64,000 nucleotides of DNA, taken from contig CAZHSC010000002.1 in NCBI GenBank assembly GCA_964534995.1, positions 16,213 through 80,212 of the forward strand, read 5' to 3'. This document shows, in pieces, positions 36,263 to 44,892 of this stretch (the stretch's first letter is position 1; every line of letters begins with the position of its first letter). Under the pieces are notes generated by a model, which was not told the DNA's origin, searched no databases, and saw only the letters and a list, made by a program, of their open reading frames with translations. The position numbers and the translations under genes were made by a program. This DNA comes from an uncultured Bifidobacterium sp. (GTDB lineage Bacteria; Bacteroidota; Bacteroidia; AKYH767-A; OLB10).

Positions 36263-37732
36263 TTGAACGACCTGATTCGCATAGCCCCCGGAAGAGAGCA
36301 GGTTCGTCTTTTTTACCTGCTCACCGCTTTATTCGGTGTGCTGCTTATTTGGGGTTTTTTAAAGGGTATGGTATTTCTTGCCGGATTGCCGGTACTCTTT
36401 TTAGTATTGCTGTTAATAATATTCAGGCTTGACCTTGCCGCTTTTTTAGCTATTTTTATTACTCCCTTTTCCATTAACCTTGCCCATACCTCCTTAGGCA
36501 TAGGGGTTAGTTTACCTTCCGAACCATTGTTGTTTGCCTTGTTCCTGATCTTCTGGCTCAAGGTATTCCTGGACGGTGGCCTTGACCACAGGATTATAAA
36601 GCACCCGGTAAGCATCTTAATTTTTATACACCTGGCCTGGTATCTCGTCACCACAGTAAGCAGTTCAATGCCCCTTGTTTCCCTGAAATCAACGCTGGCC
36701 CGTTTTTGTTACGTGAGCGTTGGTTACTTTATGATGCTGTATCTTTTTTCAAAAAAGGAAAACATGAAGAAGTTCATCTGGATGTATCTTGTTCCCCTGC
36801 TGGCAGTAGTAGCTTATACCATTGCCATACATTCCAGTGAGGGTTTCAGCGAGGAAGCTGCGCATACGGCCATGGTACCATTTTATAATGACCATACGGC
36901 TTATGCCGCTGTGTTAAGTTATTTTATCCCGGTAGTACTGGGTTTCGCCATCGATAAGGAGAGCGGTAAAAAAGCCCGTAATATCGCCTGGCTTGTTTTA
37001 GTAGTACTTATTACTGCCACTGTGTTATCCTACACCAGGGCAGCCTGGGTAGGCCTGGTAGCCGCTCTGGGTTGTTCACTGGTATTCCTCCTGCGCATCA
37101 AAGCGGCGCTGGTATATGCCGCATTCGCGATGCTGATTGTAGTGGCTTTTCTTTTCAGGACACAGATCACCATGCAACTGGAAAGCAATGAAGAGGTTTC
37201 TTCTGACGATTATGCCTCGCATGTGCAGTCCATAGGTAACATATCCAGTGATGACTCAAACATTGAACGCCTGAACCGCTGGGCCTGTGCTTTAAGGATG
37301 TTCCAGGACCGGCCCCTGCTTGGCTTTGGCCCGGGTACTTACATGTTCAAGTACGGAGCCTATCAGAAATACAGTGAAAGATCGGGTATCAGCACCAATT
37401 TCGCGGAAGGGGGCGGCTCGCACAGTGAATACCTGGGCCCCTTGTCGGAACAGGGATTTATAGCCCCCTTGATTTTTTTGCTCCTCATCGCGGTAACGGT
37501 ACAAACCAGCGCCACCTATATTAAAAACTGCAGGAACAGTTCGAACAGAATTCTGGCTAGAAGTGTATTACTGGGACTGGTTACCTATTGGGTACACGGT
37601 GTATTAAATTATTTTCTGGATACGGAAAAAGCATCCATTCCTTTCTGGGGTTACATTGCCATTCTCGTGGCCTTGCAATTGTTTCACAGGGATGAAAAGC
37701 CGTCAGTGTTTCACACGCCGGATGCTAAGTAA
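36263..37732 (+). CDS. O-antigen ligase/polymerase (Wzy_C) family protein
   Basis: Multi-TM; LSYTRAAWVG, SNIERLNRW, DRPLLGFGPG, HSEYL; TTG start at 36263 or 36224. Confidence 0.85.
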   Translation: MNDLIRIAPGREQVRLFYLLTALFGVLLIWGFLKGMVFLAGLPVLFLVLLLIIFRLDLAAFLAIFITPFSINLAHTSLGIGVSLPSEPLLFALFLIFWLKVFLDGGLDHRIIKHPVSILIFIHLAWYLVTTVSSSMPLVSLKSTLARFCYVSVGYFMMLYLFSKKENMKKFIWMYLVPLLAVVAYTIAIHSSEGFSEEAAHTAMVPFYNDHTAYAAVLSYFIPVVLGFAIDKESGKKARNIAWLVLVVLITATVLSYTRAAWVGLVAALGCSLVFLLRIKAALVYAAFAMLIVVAFLFRTQITMQLESNEEVSSDDYASHVQSIGNISSDDSNIERLNRWACALRMFQDRPLLGFGPGTYMFKYGAYQKYSERSGISTNFAEGGGSHSEYLGPLSEQGFIAPLIFLLLIAVTVQTSATYIKNCRNSSNRILARSVLLGLVTYWVHGVLNYFLDTEKASIPFWGYIAILVALQLFHRDEKPSVFHTPDAK

Positions 37733-38941
37733 GGTAACATCATCAATGGCATCCATGTTCTTTCTGAAATCATTGTAGGCATCCAGCACCCTGAAGTGCA
37801 TATCTTTCATCGTAAACACGTCGGCATTGGATTTTATCATTTCCATCAGCAATTCCATGCCAAAAGCATCCCCTCCTTCATTTTCCTGCTCTACAATACC
37901 ATCGGTATAACAAAACAGAATGGCTCCGGGTGGCAGATAGGCCATTCCCTCCTGCATAAAGGGCAGGGCTTCAAACATACCCAGTCCCGTAGTGCCTTTG
38001 TTGAGTAAATCAAATGATCCTTCGCTGAAAATAAAAGGAGGATTCTGACCGGCATTCACATACTTCAGCGCATGTGTCTTTGTATTCAGCACGGCGAAGA
38101 AGGCGGTGATGAACTTTTCGCCTTTTGCGCTTTTGTTGACACAATCGTTCAGGTCAAGAACCAGGTCCTTCAATGATGAATAGTAAGGAGCCTTGGCGTT
38201 AAGGTTGGCCTGGAAGTTTGACATCAGCAGGGCCGCTGAAATCCCCTTCCCGGAAACATCGGCGAGGCAGATGAGAAGTTCGTCCTCATTGATCTGAATA
38301 TAATCATAGTAATCACCGCCTATTTGCTGATGCGGCAGATAGGTGGCAGCGAGGTCCAGCCTGCGGTCATGGGGAAGATGCGCGGGGAACAACATGGATT
38401 GCATCCTCGCTGCCAGCTCCAGTTCCTTTTGCAGCTGCGCCTGGCTGATGGTATCACGGGTCAGCCGCTTGTTTTCAATGGCCACCACAATGATATTGGT
38501 GATGGTATGGATAAAGGGCAATACCTCCTTCAGGTTTTCAATTTCATCGTGCTGCAGGTTGCCGATAAAAGCATAGGCGAGTGCACGTTCATTGTGATAT
38601 ACGGGAATAATACTATCAAAGCCCTGTACCCAGTCGGGCATTTTTACATTATTAAACTGCAACTGATTCAGTTCACCAAAGCGTTCTTCCATATTCTCCA
38701 TCACAAAATTCTCAGGGACGCCATAGGTCAGGATCTGCTTCCATTCATTTTCATGAATAAAGAGTGTCAGCTTCTTTACCTTCAGCTGATTCAACATCAC
38801 ATTCTCAAAAATTTCAAAAAGCTGCTCAGCAGGCATATTGTAATTTATCGCCTTGGTGATTTGCAGGAGCCAGTGCAACTGAAGTTTCTTTATGTGCAAC
38901 TCCGCGTCATTCCTTTTCGCATCTGGCAGCATATTTTGCAT
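37703..38941 (-). CDS. PP2C/SpoIIE (RsbU-like) Ser/Thr phosphatase with N-terminal GAF-like region
   Basis: IGGDYYD, ADVSGKGISAALLM, YVNAGQNPP, YTDGIVE, DDVTLL. Confidence 0.9.
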   Translation of the reverse strand: MQNMLPDAKRNDAELHIKKLQLHWLLQITKAINYNMPAEQLFEIFENVMLNQLKVKKLTLFIHENEWKQILTYGVPENFVMENMEERFGELNQLQFNNVKMPDWVQGFDSIIPVYHNERALAYAFIGNLQHDEIENLKEVLPFIHTITNIIVVAIENKRLTRDTISQAQLQKELELAARMQSMLFPAHLPHDRRLDLAATYLPHQQIGGDYYDYIQINEDELLICLADVSGKGISAALLMSNFQANLNAKAPYYSSLKDLVLDLNDCVNKSAKGEKFITAFFAVLNTKTHALKYVNAGQNPPFIFSEGSFDLLNKGTTGLGMFEALPFMQEGMAYLPPGAILFCYTDGIVEQENEGGDAFGMELLMEMIKSNADVFTMKDMHFRVLDAYNDFRKNMDAIDDVTLLSIRRVKH

Positions 38942-38947
38942 CTGGCT

Positions 38948-39883
38948 TCAGGACTGTTTTATTTTTTCAAACACCTCCGGAAGCCTTGATACCAATGCCA
39001 TTTCCTTCATCTTATCCCTTGCTTCCTTTGCCGGGCTGCCGAAATAGACGACCCCGCCTTTCAAGGATTTCGAAATTCCGGACTGGGCATAGACAATGGC
39101 TCCTGCCCCGATGGTCACATCCTTCTGACAGCCTACCTGGCCCCAGAAAATCACATTATCCTCAATGTTTACACAGCCGGCAATGCCCACATGGGCGGCA
39201 AAAAGACAATTCTTTCCGATCACTGTATCATGACCGACATGCACATGGTTATCGAGTTTGGTCCCCTTCCCAATAATGGTATCTGAAGAAACGCCACGGT
39301 CTATGGTACAGCAGGCGCCAATTTCCACATAATCGTGAAGTACAACCCTGCCGCAGGAATGCATCTTCTCATAGTAATCCGGTCGGCGCTTGTAATAAAA
39401 TGCATCCGCCCCGATAACGGTATTGGCATGCAGAATGACGTTATCACCAATTACGCAATGGCTGTAAATGACTACCCCACTGTGAATAATACAGTTTTTT
39501 CCGATTTTCACTTCCGGACCAATGGATACATTGGGTTGAATAACGGTTCCTTTCCCTATTTCCGCTGTAGGATCAATGTCCTGTGCGGAGGGAACAAAAG
39601 GCATAAAGCGTTTGGTAAGGTACACATAGTCCCGGAAAGGATCATCACTAAAAATCAAACCCTTTCCAGGCGGCACCTCCACTTCCTTATTGATGATAAT
39701 AAAACTGGCTTCCGAGTAAAGCGCTTTATCATAGTACTTTGGGTGATCCACAAAAGTGAGGTCACCGGGCTCTACACGGTGAATTTCATTGATACCGGTT
39801 ACCATCAAGGCAGGGTCGCCGATGACTTTACCATGGATCATTTCATTTAACTCTGCGAGCGTTCGCCCCGGTGATATTTTCAT
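38948..39883 (-). CDS. lpxD: UDP-3-O-acyl-glucosamine N-acyltransferase, Bacteroidota LpxD-type paralog
   Basis: TGINEIHRVEPGDLTFVDHPKYY, hexapeptide repeats, IDRG, KLDNHVHVGHD (catalytic His position retained). Confidence 0.85.
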   Translation of the reverse strand: MKISPGRTLAELNEMIHGKVIGDPALMVTGINEIHRVEPGDLTFVDHPKYYDKALYSEASFIIINKEVEVPPGKGLIFSDDPFRDYVYLTKRFMPFVPSAQDIDPTAEIGKGTVIQPNVSIGPEVKIGKNCIIHSGVVIYSHCVIGDNVILHANTVIGADAFYYKRRPDYYEKMHSCGRVVLHDYVEIGACCTIDRGVSSDTIIGKGTKLDNHVHVGHDTVIGKNCLFAAHVGIAGCVNIEDNVIFWGQVGCQKDVTIGAGAIVYAQSGISKSLKGGVVYFGSPAKEARDKMKEMALVSRLPEVFEKIKQS

Positions 39884-39895
39884 AGCTTGATGTGG

Positions 39896-39903
39896 CAAAA
39901 GTA
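39896..39903 (-). promoter_or_regulatory. -7 box (TACTTTTG) for lpxD-phosphatase
   Basis: Exact TAnnTTTG on the minus strand, 12 nt before the ATG at 39883. Confidence 0.6.
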
Positions 39904-40072
39904 AGTATTCTTTATCTGAAAAGATAATGGTGAGCTACGTATTCGGTAATTAAAAATTCACACAAAACCGGATCATCAATTCCTGCATATTACGCAACAG
40001 TGGCAGTAGCTTTCCCTGTGATATAACTGAATGCTTGCTGTATATCTGTTTATGATGAAGAAATTAAATTGC

Positions 40073-40109
40073 AAAAAAAAGCCGGAACTGCGGGATAAGC
40101 AATTCCGGC
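40073..40109 (-). terminator. Intrinsic terminator after the DUF4397 gene
   Basis: GCCGGAA-TTGC…GCAG-TTCCGGC stem followed by T8 on the minus strand. Confidence 0.8.
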
Positions 40110-40129
40110 ACTATGAAACCGGTAAATTA

Positions 40130-40834
40130 TCAGTTATTCACAATAATCTGTGCATTCAAGGCCTGGTCACCGCTGCCGCCCACAAATCCTTTGGCATATA
40201 CGGTATAAATTTTACCGGCGGTTAAACTGATTCCAGGAAGCGGTAACACTACGTTCGCAGTACCGGCCAACCTGACTTCGAGGTTATAAGTACCTGCATC
40301 CAGTGGTGTAAAATCTGTATAGTCCTTGAAACTTATTTTGCCGAAAACAACGCCACCACCCGTCAGGGCAACATCCACTGCAGGGGCATCCGGAGAGAGG
40401 TGAATAAAACGTACATGCGCCTTACCGGAAGCCGGTGCAGTAAGATTGTCTTCAATGAAGAGGGCATTCAGCTTACTGACGCTGTCCACAGCGAACAAAG
40501 TGTAATTTTTATTTTTAGTAAAGCCAAGGTTGGCGGCAAGGGCCGTAGTGGTAGTTCCGGCCACATTCACTTTAATATTACGGGTTCCTTCAGTTACAGT
40601 CAGATAAGCCGTATTGTCGAGAAATTCAACCGGAGATGTGTTTACCTTGCTGTTGTCCAGCAGGAGGTCAACTGCCGGTGCATCCGGAGAAGCATGAACA
40701 ATCATCAGCCGGGCGTTGCCGGCAGGCGTTGCATCATCATCATCATCACTGCATGAACTTACAGAGAACATTGTAAGTAATGCAATACTCAGCATAGAAA
40801 GAAATTTCAAAGAATACATGGTGTTTTTTTTCAT
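40130..40834 (-). CDS. DUF4397-domain lipoprotein
   Basis: Lipobox VSS-C followed by SDDDDD; two copies of [VI]HxSPDAPAVD. Confidence 0.88.
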   Translation of the reverse strand: MKKNTMYSLKFLSMLSIALLTMFSVSSCSDDDDDATPAGNARLMIVHASPDAPAVDLLLDNSKVNTSPVEFLDNTAYLTVTEGTRNIKVNVAGTTTTALAANLGFTKNKNYTLFAVDSVSKLNALFIEDNLTAPASGKAHVRFIHLSPDAPAVDVALTGGGVVFGKISFKDYTDFTPLDAGTYNLEVRLAGTANVVLPLPGISLTAGKIYTVYAKGFVGGSGDQALNAQIIVNN

Positions 40835-40963
40835 TGTCTTGTTGTTTTATGTGTTTGGAAGGAAAAACAGAAGAAATGAAAAATTGTTAATCCGTATGAG
40901 GCCCTTTTCTCAAATTTTTATCAGAAGTTCTTTAAAAAGTACAATTGCCACGCTTAAAAAGCC

Positions 40964-40971
40964 TATCTTTG
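40964..40971 (+). promoter_or_regulatory. -7 box (TATCTTTG) for typA
   Basis: Exact TAnnTTTG 47 nt before the ATG at 41019. Confidence 0.65.
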
Positions 40972-41018
40972 CGGGCGCTAAAAACACCTCTCTCTGGCGG
41001 AGAGACATTAAATATAAA

Positions 41019-42830
41019 ATGCAGAATATCAGGAACATAGCAATTATTGCTCACGTTGACCACGGTAAAACCACCCTTGTTGACAAGATTTTACATCAAA
41101 CCGAGCTCTTCAGGGAAAATGAAAAAACCGGGGATTTAATACTCGACAACAATGACCTTGAAAGGGAAAGGGGAATCACCATTGTCGCTAAAAACGTATC
41201 AGTTCAGTATAAAGGTACCAAAATTAACATCATCGACACCCCGGGTCACGCTGATTTTGGAGGTGAAGTGGAAAGGGTCATGAATATGGCCGATGGGGTA
41301 TTGTTGCTGGTGGATGCTTTTGAAGGCCCCATGCCGCAAACCAGGTTTGTGCTATCCAAAGCGCTCGAGATGGGTAAAAAAGCCATCCTCGTTATTAATA
41401 AAGTGGACAAAGAGAATTGCAGGCCCGACGAAGTACACGAAAAAGTTTTCGATCTTTTCTTTCACCTGGACGCTACCGAAGAGCAGCTGAACTTCCCGAC
41501 CGTTTATGGTTCCTCCAAGCAGGGCTGGATGAGCCGTGACCTGAAAATACCCAGTGATAACATTACGCCTTTGCTGGATACTATCATTGATTACTTTCCG
41601 GCACCGGAATATGTGGAAGGCAGCCCGCAGGTATTGATTACCTCCCTTGACTTTTCCACCTATGTTGGACGGATTGCCATCGGAAGGATCAGCCGTGGAT
41701 CGCTCAAAGAAAACCAACCGGTATCGCTCATGAAAAAAGATGGCAGCATCAGGAAAATGAGGGTGAAAGAAACTTTTGTTTTTGAAGGCCTTGGCAGGAA
41801 AAAGGTAGGGGAAGTATTTTGCGGAGATATCTGTGCCATTACCGGCATTGAGGATTTTGATATCGGCGACACCATTGCCGATTTTGAAAACCCCGAGGCG
41901 CTGAAGCCCATATCGGTTGATGAACCTACCATGTGCATGCTGTTCACCATCAACAACTCACCCTTTTTCGGTAAAGAAGGCCGCTTTGTAACGTCAAGGC
42001 ATATCCGCGATCGCCTGTACAAGGAACTTGAGAAAAACCTCGCCATGCGTATCCAGGAAACGGATTCTCCCGACAGCTATCTCGTGTATGGCCGGGGAGT
42101 ATTGCACCTTTCCATTCTGGTGGAAACCATGAGGAGGGAAGGTTATGAACTGCAGGTTGGCCAGCCCCAGGTAATCATCAAGGAAATTGACGGTGTTAAA
42201 CATGAACCTGTCGAACACCTTACCGTTGATGCGCCCGAGGAAGTTGCAGGAAAAGTGATTGAACTGGTTACCCAGAAAAAGGGAGAGCTCAAAGTGATGG
42301 AGCCGAAGGGAGATTTACAACACCTCGAATTTGAAATACCCGCCCGGGGACTTATCGGCTTGCGCAGTAATGTGCTTACTGCCACCGCGGGACGTGCCAT
42401 CATGGCCCACCGCTTTGCGAAATTTGAACCCTGGAAAGGCCCCATTCAGGGAAGGATATCCGGCGTATTGCTTGCCAAGGAAACCGGCACCGCTACCCCC
42501 TACTCCATTGACCGCATGCAGGACAGGGGTATTTTCTTTATCGATCCGGGTGAGCAGGTATATGCAGGACAGGTGATCGGGCAACATATCCGTCCTGACG
42601 ACCTGGTCATAAACTTATGTGAAGCCAAAAAACTGACAAACATGCGTGCCTCAGGCAGTGATGACAATGTAAGGATAGCTCCTAAAATCAATTTCTCGCT
42701 GGAAGAGTCGATGGAATACATCGAGAAAGATGAATACCTGGAAATCACACCCAAGTCATTACGCATGCGGAAAATTTACCTGGATGAGAATGAACGTAAA
42801 CGCAATGCCAAGAAAATGGCAGAAGCCTGA
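41019..42830 (+). CDS. typA: Translational GTPase TypA/BipA
   Basis: MQNIRNIAIIAHVDHGKTTLVD, ERERGITI, DTPGHADFGGEVER, NKVD; real start 41019, not 40716. Confidence 0.96.
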   Translation: MQNIRNIAIIAHVDHGKTTLVDKILHQTELFRENEKTGDLILDNNDLERERGITIVAKNVSVQYKGTKINIIDTPGHADFGGEVERVMNMADGVLLLVDAFEGPMPQTRFVLSKALEMGKKAILVINKVDKENCRPDEVHEKVFDLFFHLDATEEQLNFPTVYGSSKQGWMSRDLKIPSDNITPLLDTIIDYFPAPEYVEGSPQVLITSLDFSTYVGRIAIGRISRGSLKENQPVSLMKKDGSIRKMRVKETFVFEGLGRKKVGEVFCGDICAITGIEDFDIGDTIADFENPEALKPISVDEPTMCMLFTINNSPFFGKEGRFVTSRHIRDRLYKELEKNLAMRIQETDSPDSYLVYGRGVLHLSILVETMRREGYELQVGQPQVIIKEIDGVKHEPVEHLTVDAPEEVAGKVIELVTQKKGELKVMEPKGDLQHLEFEIPARGLIGLRSNVLTATAGRAIMAHRFAKFEPWKGPIQGRISGVLLAKETGTATPYSIDRMQDRGIFFIDPGEQVYAGQVIGQHIRPDDLVINLCEAKKLTNMRASGSDDNVRIAPKINFSLEESMEYIEKDEYLEITPKSLRMRKIYLDENERKRNAKKMAEA

Positions 42831-42848
42831 TTGTAACTGACACCAGCA

Positions 42849-42884
42849 GCGCCGGTTTTCCTGAGGAAATCCGGCGTTTCTTAT
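42849..42884 (+). terminator. Intrinsic terminator after typA
   Basis: GCGCCGG-TTTTCC-TGA-GGAAAT-CCGGCGT then TTCTTATT. Confidence 0.7.
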
Positions 42885-43001
42885 TATTGGTCGTTTCCGG
42901 CAGCCTCTTCAGCTAAATGTTTAAAACAAGCTGCGGACGATTGATTATATTTGAGATGGCTGCAAAAGTTATTACACGGCCGTGCCTATACGCTACCATT
43001 A

Positions 43002-44069
43002 ATGATCGACAGAGTCATCCGGAAATTTTATAATAAAATGCCCGATAAAAAAATGCAGAGTATTATTCTGCATTCACTTTTCTGGCTGGTATGGCTTACC
43101 CGTTCCTTTTACGACACCTATGGTATATGGGGAGTTAAATGGGGTTTCGCCTACATCGCCATCGTATTCATCAGCCAGGTGCCTTTGGTATACATCCACC
43201 TTTACCTGCTCGTCCCCCGATTGCTTAACCGGAAAAAATACCTGCAGTACCTGTTCCTCACCGGTCTCTGCGTATATGGATATTCTTTATTAAACTACTC
43301 ACTGCTTACCGCTTTGCCCAGGGAAAATATGCCCGAGAGGATGACACGGTTCCTGGCCAATATCACTCCGAATTTTGATTTGCTGGAAGGGCTCATTGTG
43401 GTGATACTCACCTATGCGTTAAAATACACCCTGATCGCTTTCATTACACAAAACGAATTGCTGAAGCTGCAAAAAGAAAAACTCCAGCTGGAGCTGAATG
43501 CCCTCAAAGCACAGATACACCCGCACTTCCTCTTCAACACCCTCAACAACCTGTATTCACTTACCCTTAAGAACTCGGATAAATCCTCGGAGGTGGTACT
43601 TAAACTTTCGGACATTATGCGATATGTCCTGTATCAGGCCAACGAAGAAAAAGTTGCATTATCCAGGGAACTCGAGTTTATCAGAAACTACGTGGAGCTT
43701 CAGCGTATCCGCTACCATGACCGCTATGATATCAGCTTCCGGGTAAGCGGTGAAGTGAAAGATCAAAAGGTAGCGCCGCTGCTCTTTATTGACTTTGTGG
43801 AAAATGCCTTTAAACATGGTATCGACAAAAGATTTACCGATGGTTTCGTCCACATCCATTTTCATATAAATGGCGGGCGCCTGTGCTTTTCAGCCGAAAA
43901 CAGTATCGGAAATAATGAACAGGCTGGAATCATCAGGCAGGATACAGGCATCGGCCTTGCCAATGTTAAGAAAAGGCTATCGATATTATATCCACAGCAA
44001 CATGAACTCCTCATAAAGCGCCATGATGAGGTCTATTCCGTAACACTTAACATTGAATGTCATGAATAA
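43002..44069 (+). CDS. LytS/YehU-family sensor histidine kinase
   Basis: Four TM helices, ELNALKAQIHPHFLFNTLNNLY, LSDIMRYVLY, FVENAFKHG, GIGLANVKKRL; start uncertain (43002/43038/43053). Confidence 0.9.
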   Translation: MIDRVIRKFYNKMPDKKMQSIILHSLFWLVWLTRSFYDTYGIWGVKWGFAYIAIVFISQVPLVYIHLYLLVPRLLNRKKYLQYLFLTGLCVYGYSLLNYSLLTALPRENMPERMTRFLANITPNFDLLEGLIVVILTYALKYTLIAFITQNELLKLQKEKLQLELNALKAQIHPHFLFNTLNNLYSLTLKNSDKSSEVVLKLSDIMRYVLYQANEEKVALSRELEFIRNYVELQRIRYHDRYDISFRVSGEVKDQKVAPLLFIDFVENAFKHGIDKRFTDGFVHIHFHINGGRLCFSAENSIGNNEQAGIIRQDTGIGLANVKKRLSILYPQQHELLIKRHDEVYSVTLNIECHE

Positions 44070-44763
44070 AATAAAATGCATTATCGTGGACGATGAGCCA
44101 CTGGCACAGGAAGTACTGGAACGTTTTCTTGGTAACATCCGTGAACTCGAATTGGTGGCAAAATGCAACAATGCACTTGAGGCCTTCGAGGTGCTGAACA
44201 ATGAAGTGGTAGATCTGATGTTTCTGGATATTTCCATGCCCGTAATATCAGGTATTGATTTTTTACGTTCCCTGAGGAAAGCCCCTGCCGTTATCATCAC
44301 CACCGCTCATCCCGACTTCGCCCTTCAGGGCTATGAACTGGATGTGGTGGATTACCTGGTGAAACCCGTTTCGCTCGAACGCTTCATGAAAGCTGTGAAT
44401 AAAGCCATCGACAGGATACGTTTACAGACCCATGTTGAAAAGAGCATTAAAGCGGATTTTATGTTTGTCAAAAGCGACCAGAAACTGATCCGCATTAATT
44501 TTTCCGACATCAGTTATATTGAAGGCATGAAGGATTATGTGAAAATATTCACCAAAGAAAAGATGATTGTAACTTTACATACCATGAAGTTTTTCGAAAG
44601 CAGCCTTCCCTCCGATCAATTTGCCCGCGTTCATAAAAGCTATATTGTCAATACGGCATCCATTAAATCCATATACGGAAATGAACTTGAACTGCAGCAA
44701 ACGCGTATTCCGATAGGAAGCAGCTATAAGGATCAGCTCATGCGGTCCATTCATTCCTCCTGA
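44053..44763 (+). CDS. LytTR-family response regulator
   Basis: IVDDEPLA, FLDISMP, DYLVKP, FARVHKSYIVN. Confidence 0.93.
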   Translation: MNVMNKIKCIIVDDEPLAQEVLERFLGNIRELELVAKCNNALEAFEVLNNEVVDLMFLDISMPVISGIDFLRSLRKAPAVIITTAHPDFALQGYELDVVDYLVKPVSLERFMKAVNKAIDRIRLQTHVEKSIKADFMFVKSDQKLIRINFSDISYIEGMKDYVKIFTKEKMIVTLHTMKFFESSLPSDQFARVHKSYIVNTASIKSIYGNELELQQTRIPIGSSYKDQLMRSIHSS

Positions 44764-44862
44764 ATTTGATTAAGGTGCATCCATTTCCCCCTTCCCACTT
44801 TGATTTGATGAATAGCCCCTTGTATTATTTGAAGAAACAGCTGATTTATTTGAAATAAATTA

Positions 44863-44870
44863 TATTTTTG
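44863..44870 (+). promoter_or_regulatory. -7 box (TATTTTTG)
   Basis: Exact TAnnTTTG 22 nt before the ATG at 44893. Confidence 0.55.
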
Positions 44871-44892
44871 AATTAACAATCACCAAAACATA

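Noticed and set aside
38324-38989. 221-aa plus-strand ORF, and similar shadow ORFs (3817-4269, 19351-19788, 35629-36087, 39335-39850, 60786-61235)
   Set aside because: They are antisense or alternate-frame to well-supported genes and show no recognisable motifs.
40716-41018. 101-codon N-terminal extension of typA in the ORF track
   Set aside because: It overlaps the DUF4397 gene and contains the -7 box at 40964; the canonical TypA N-terminus begins at 41019.
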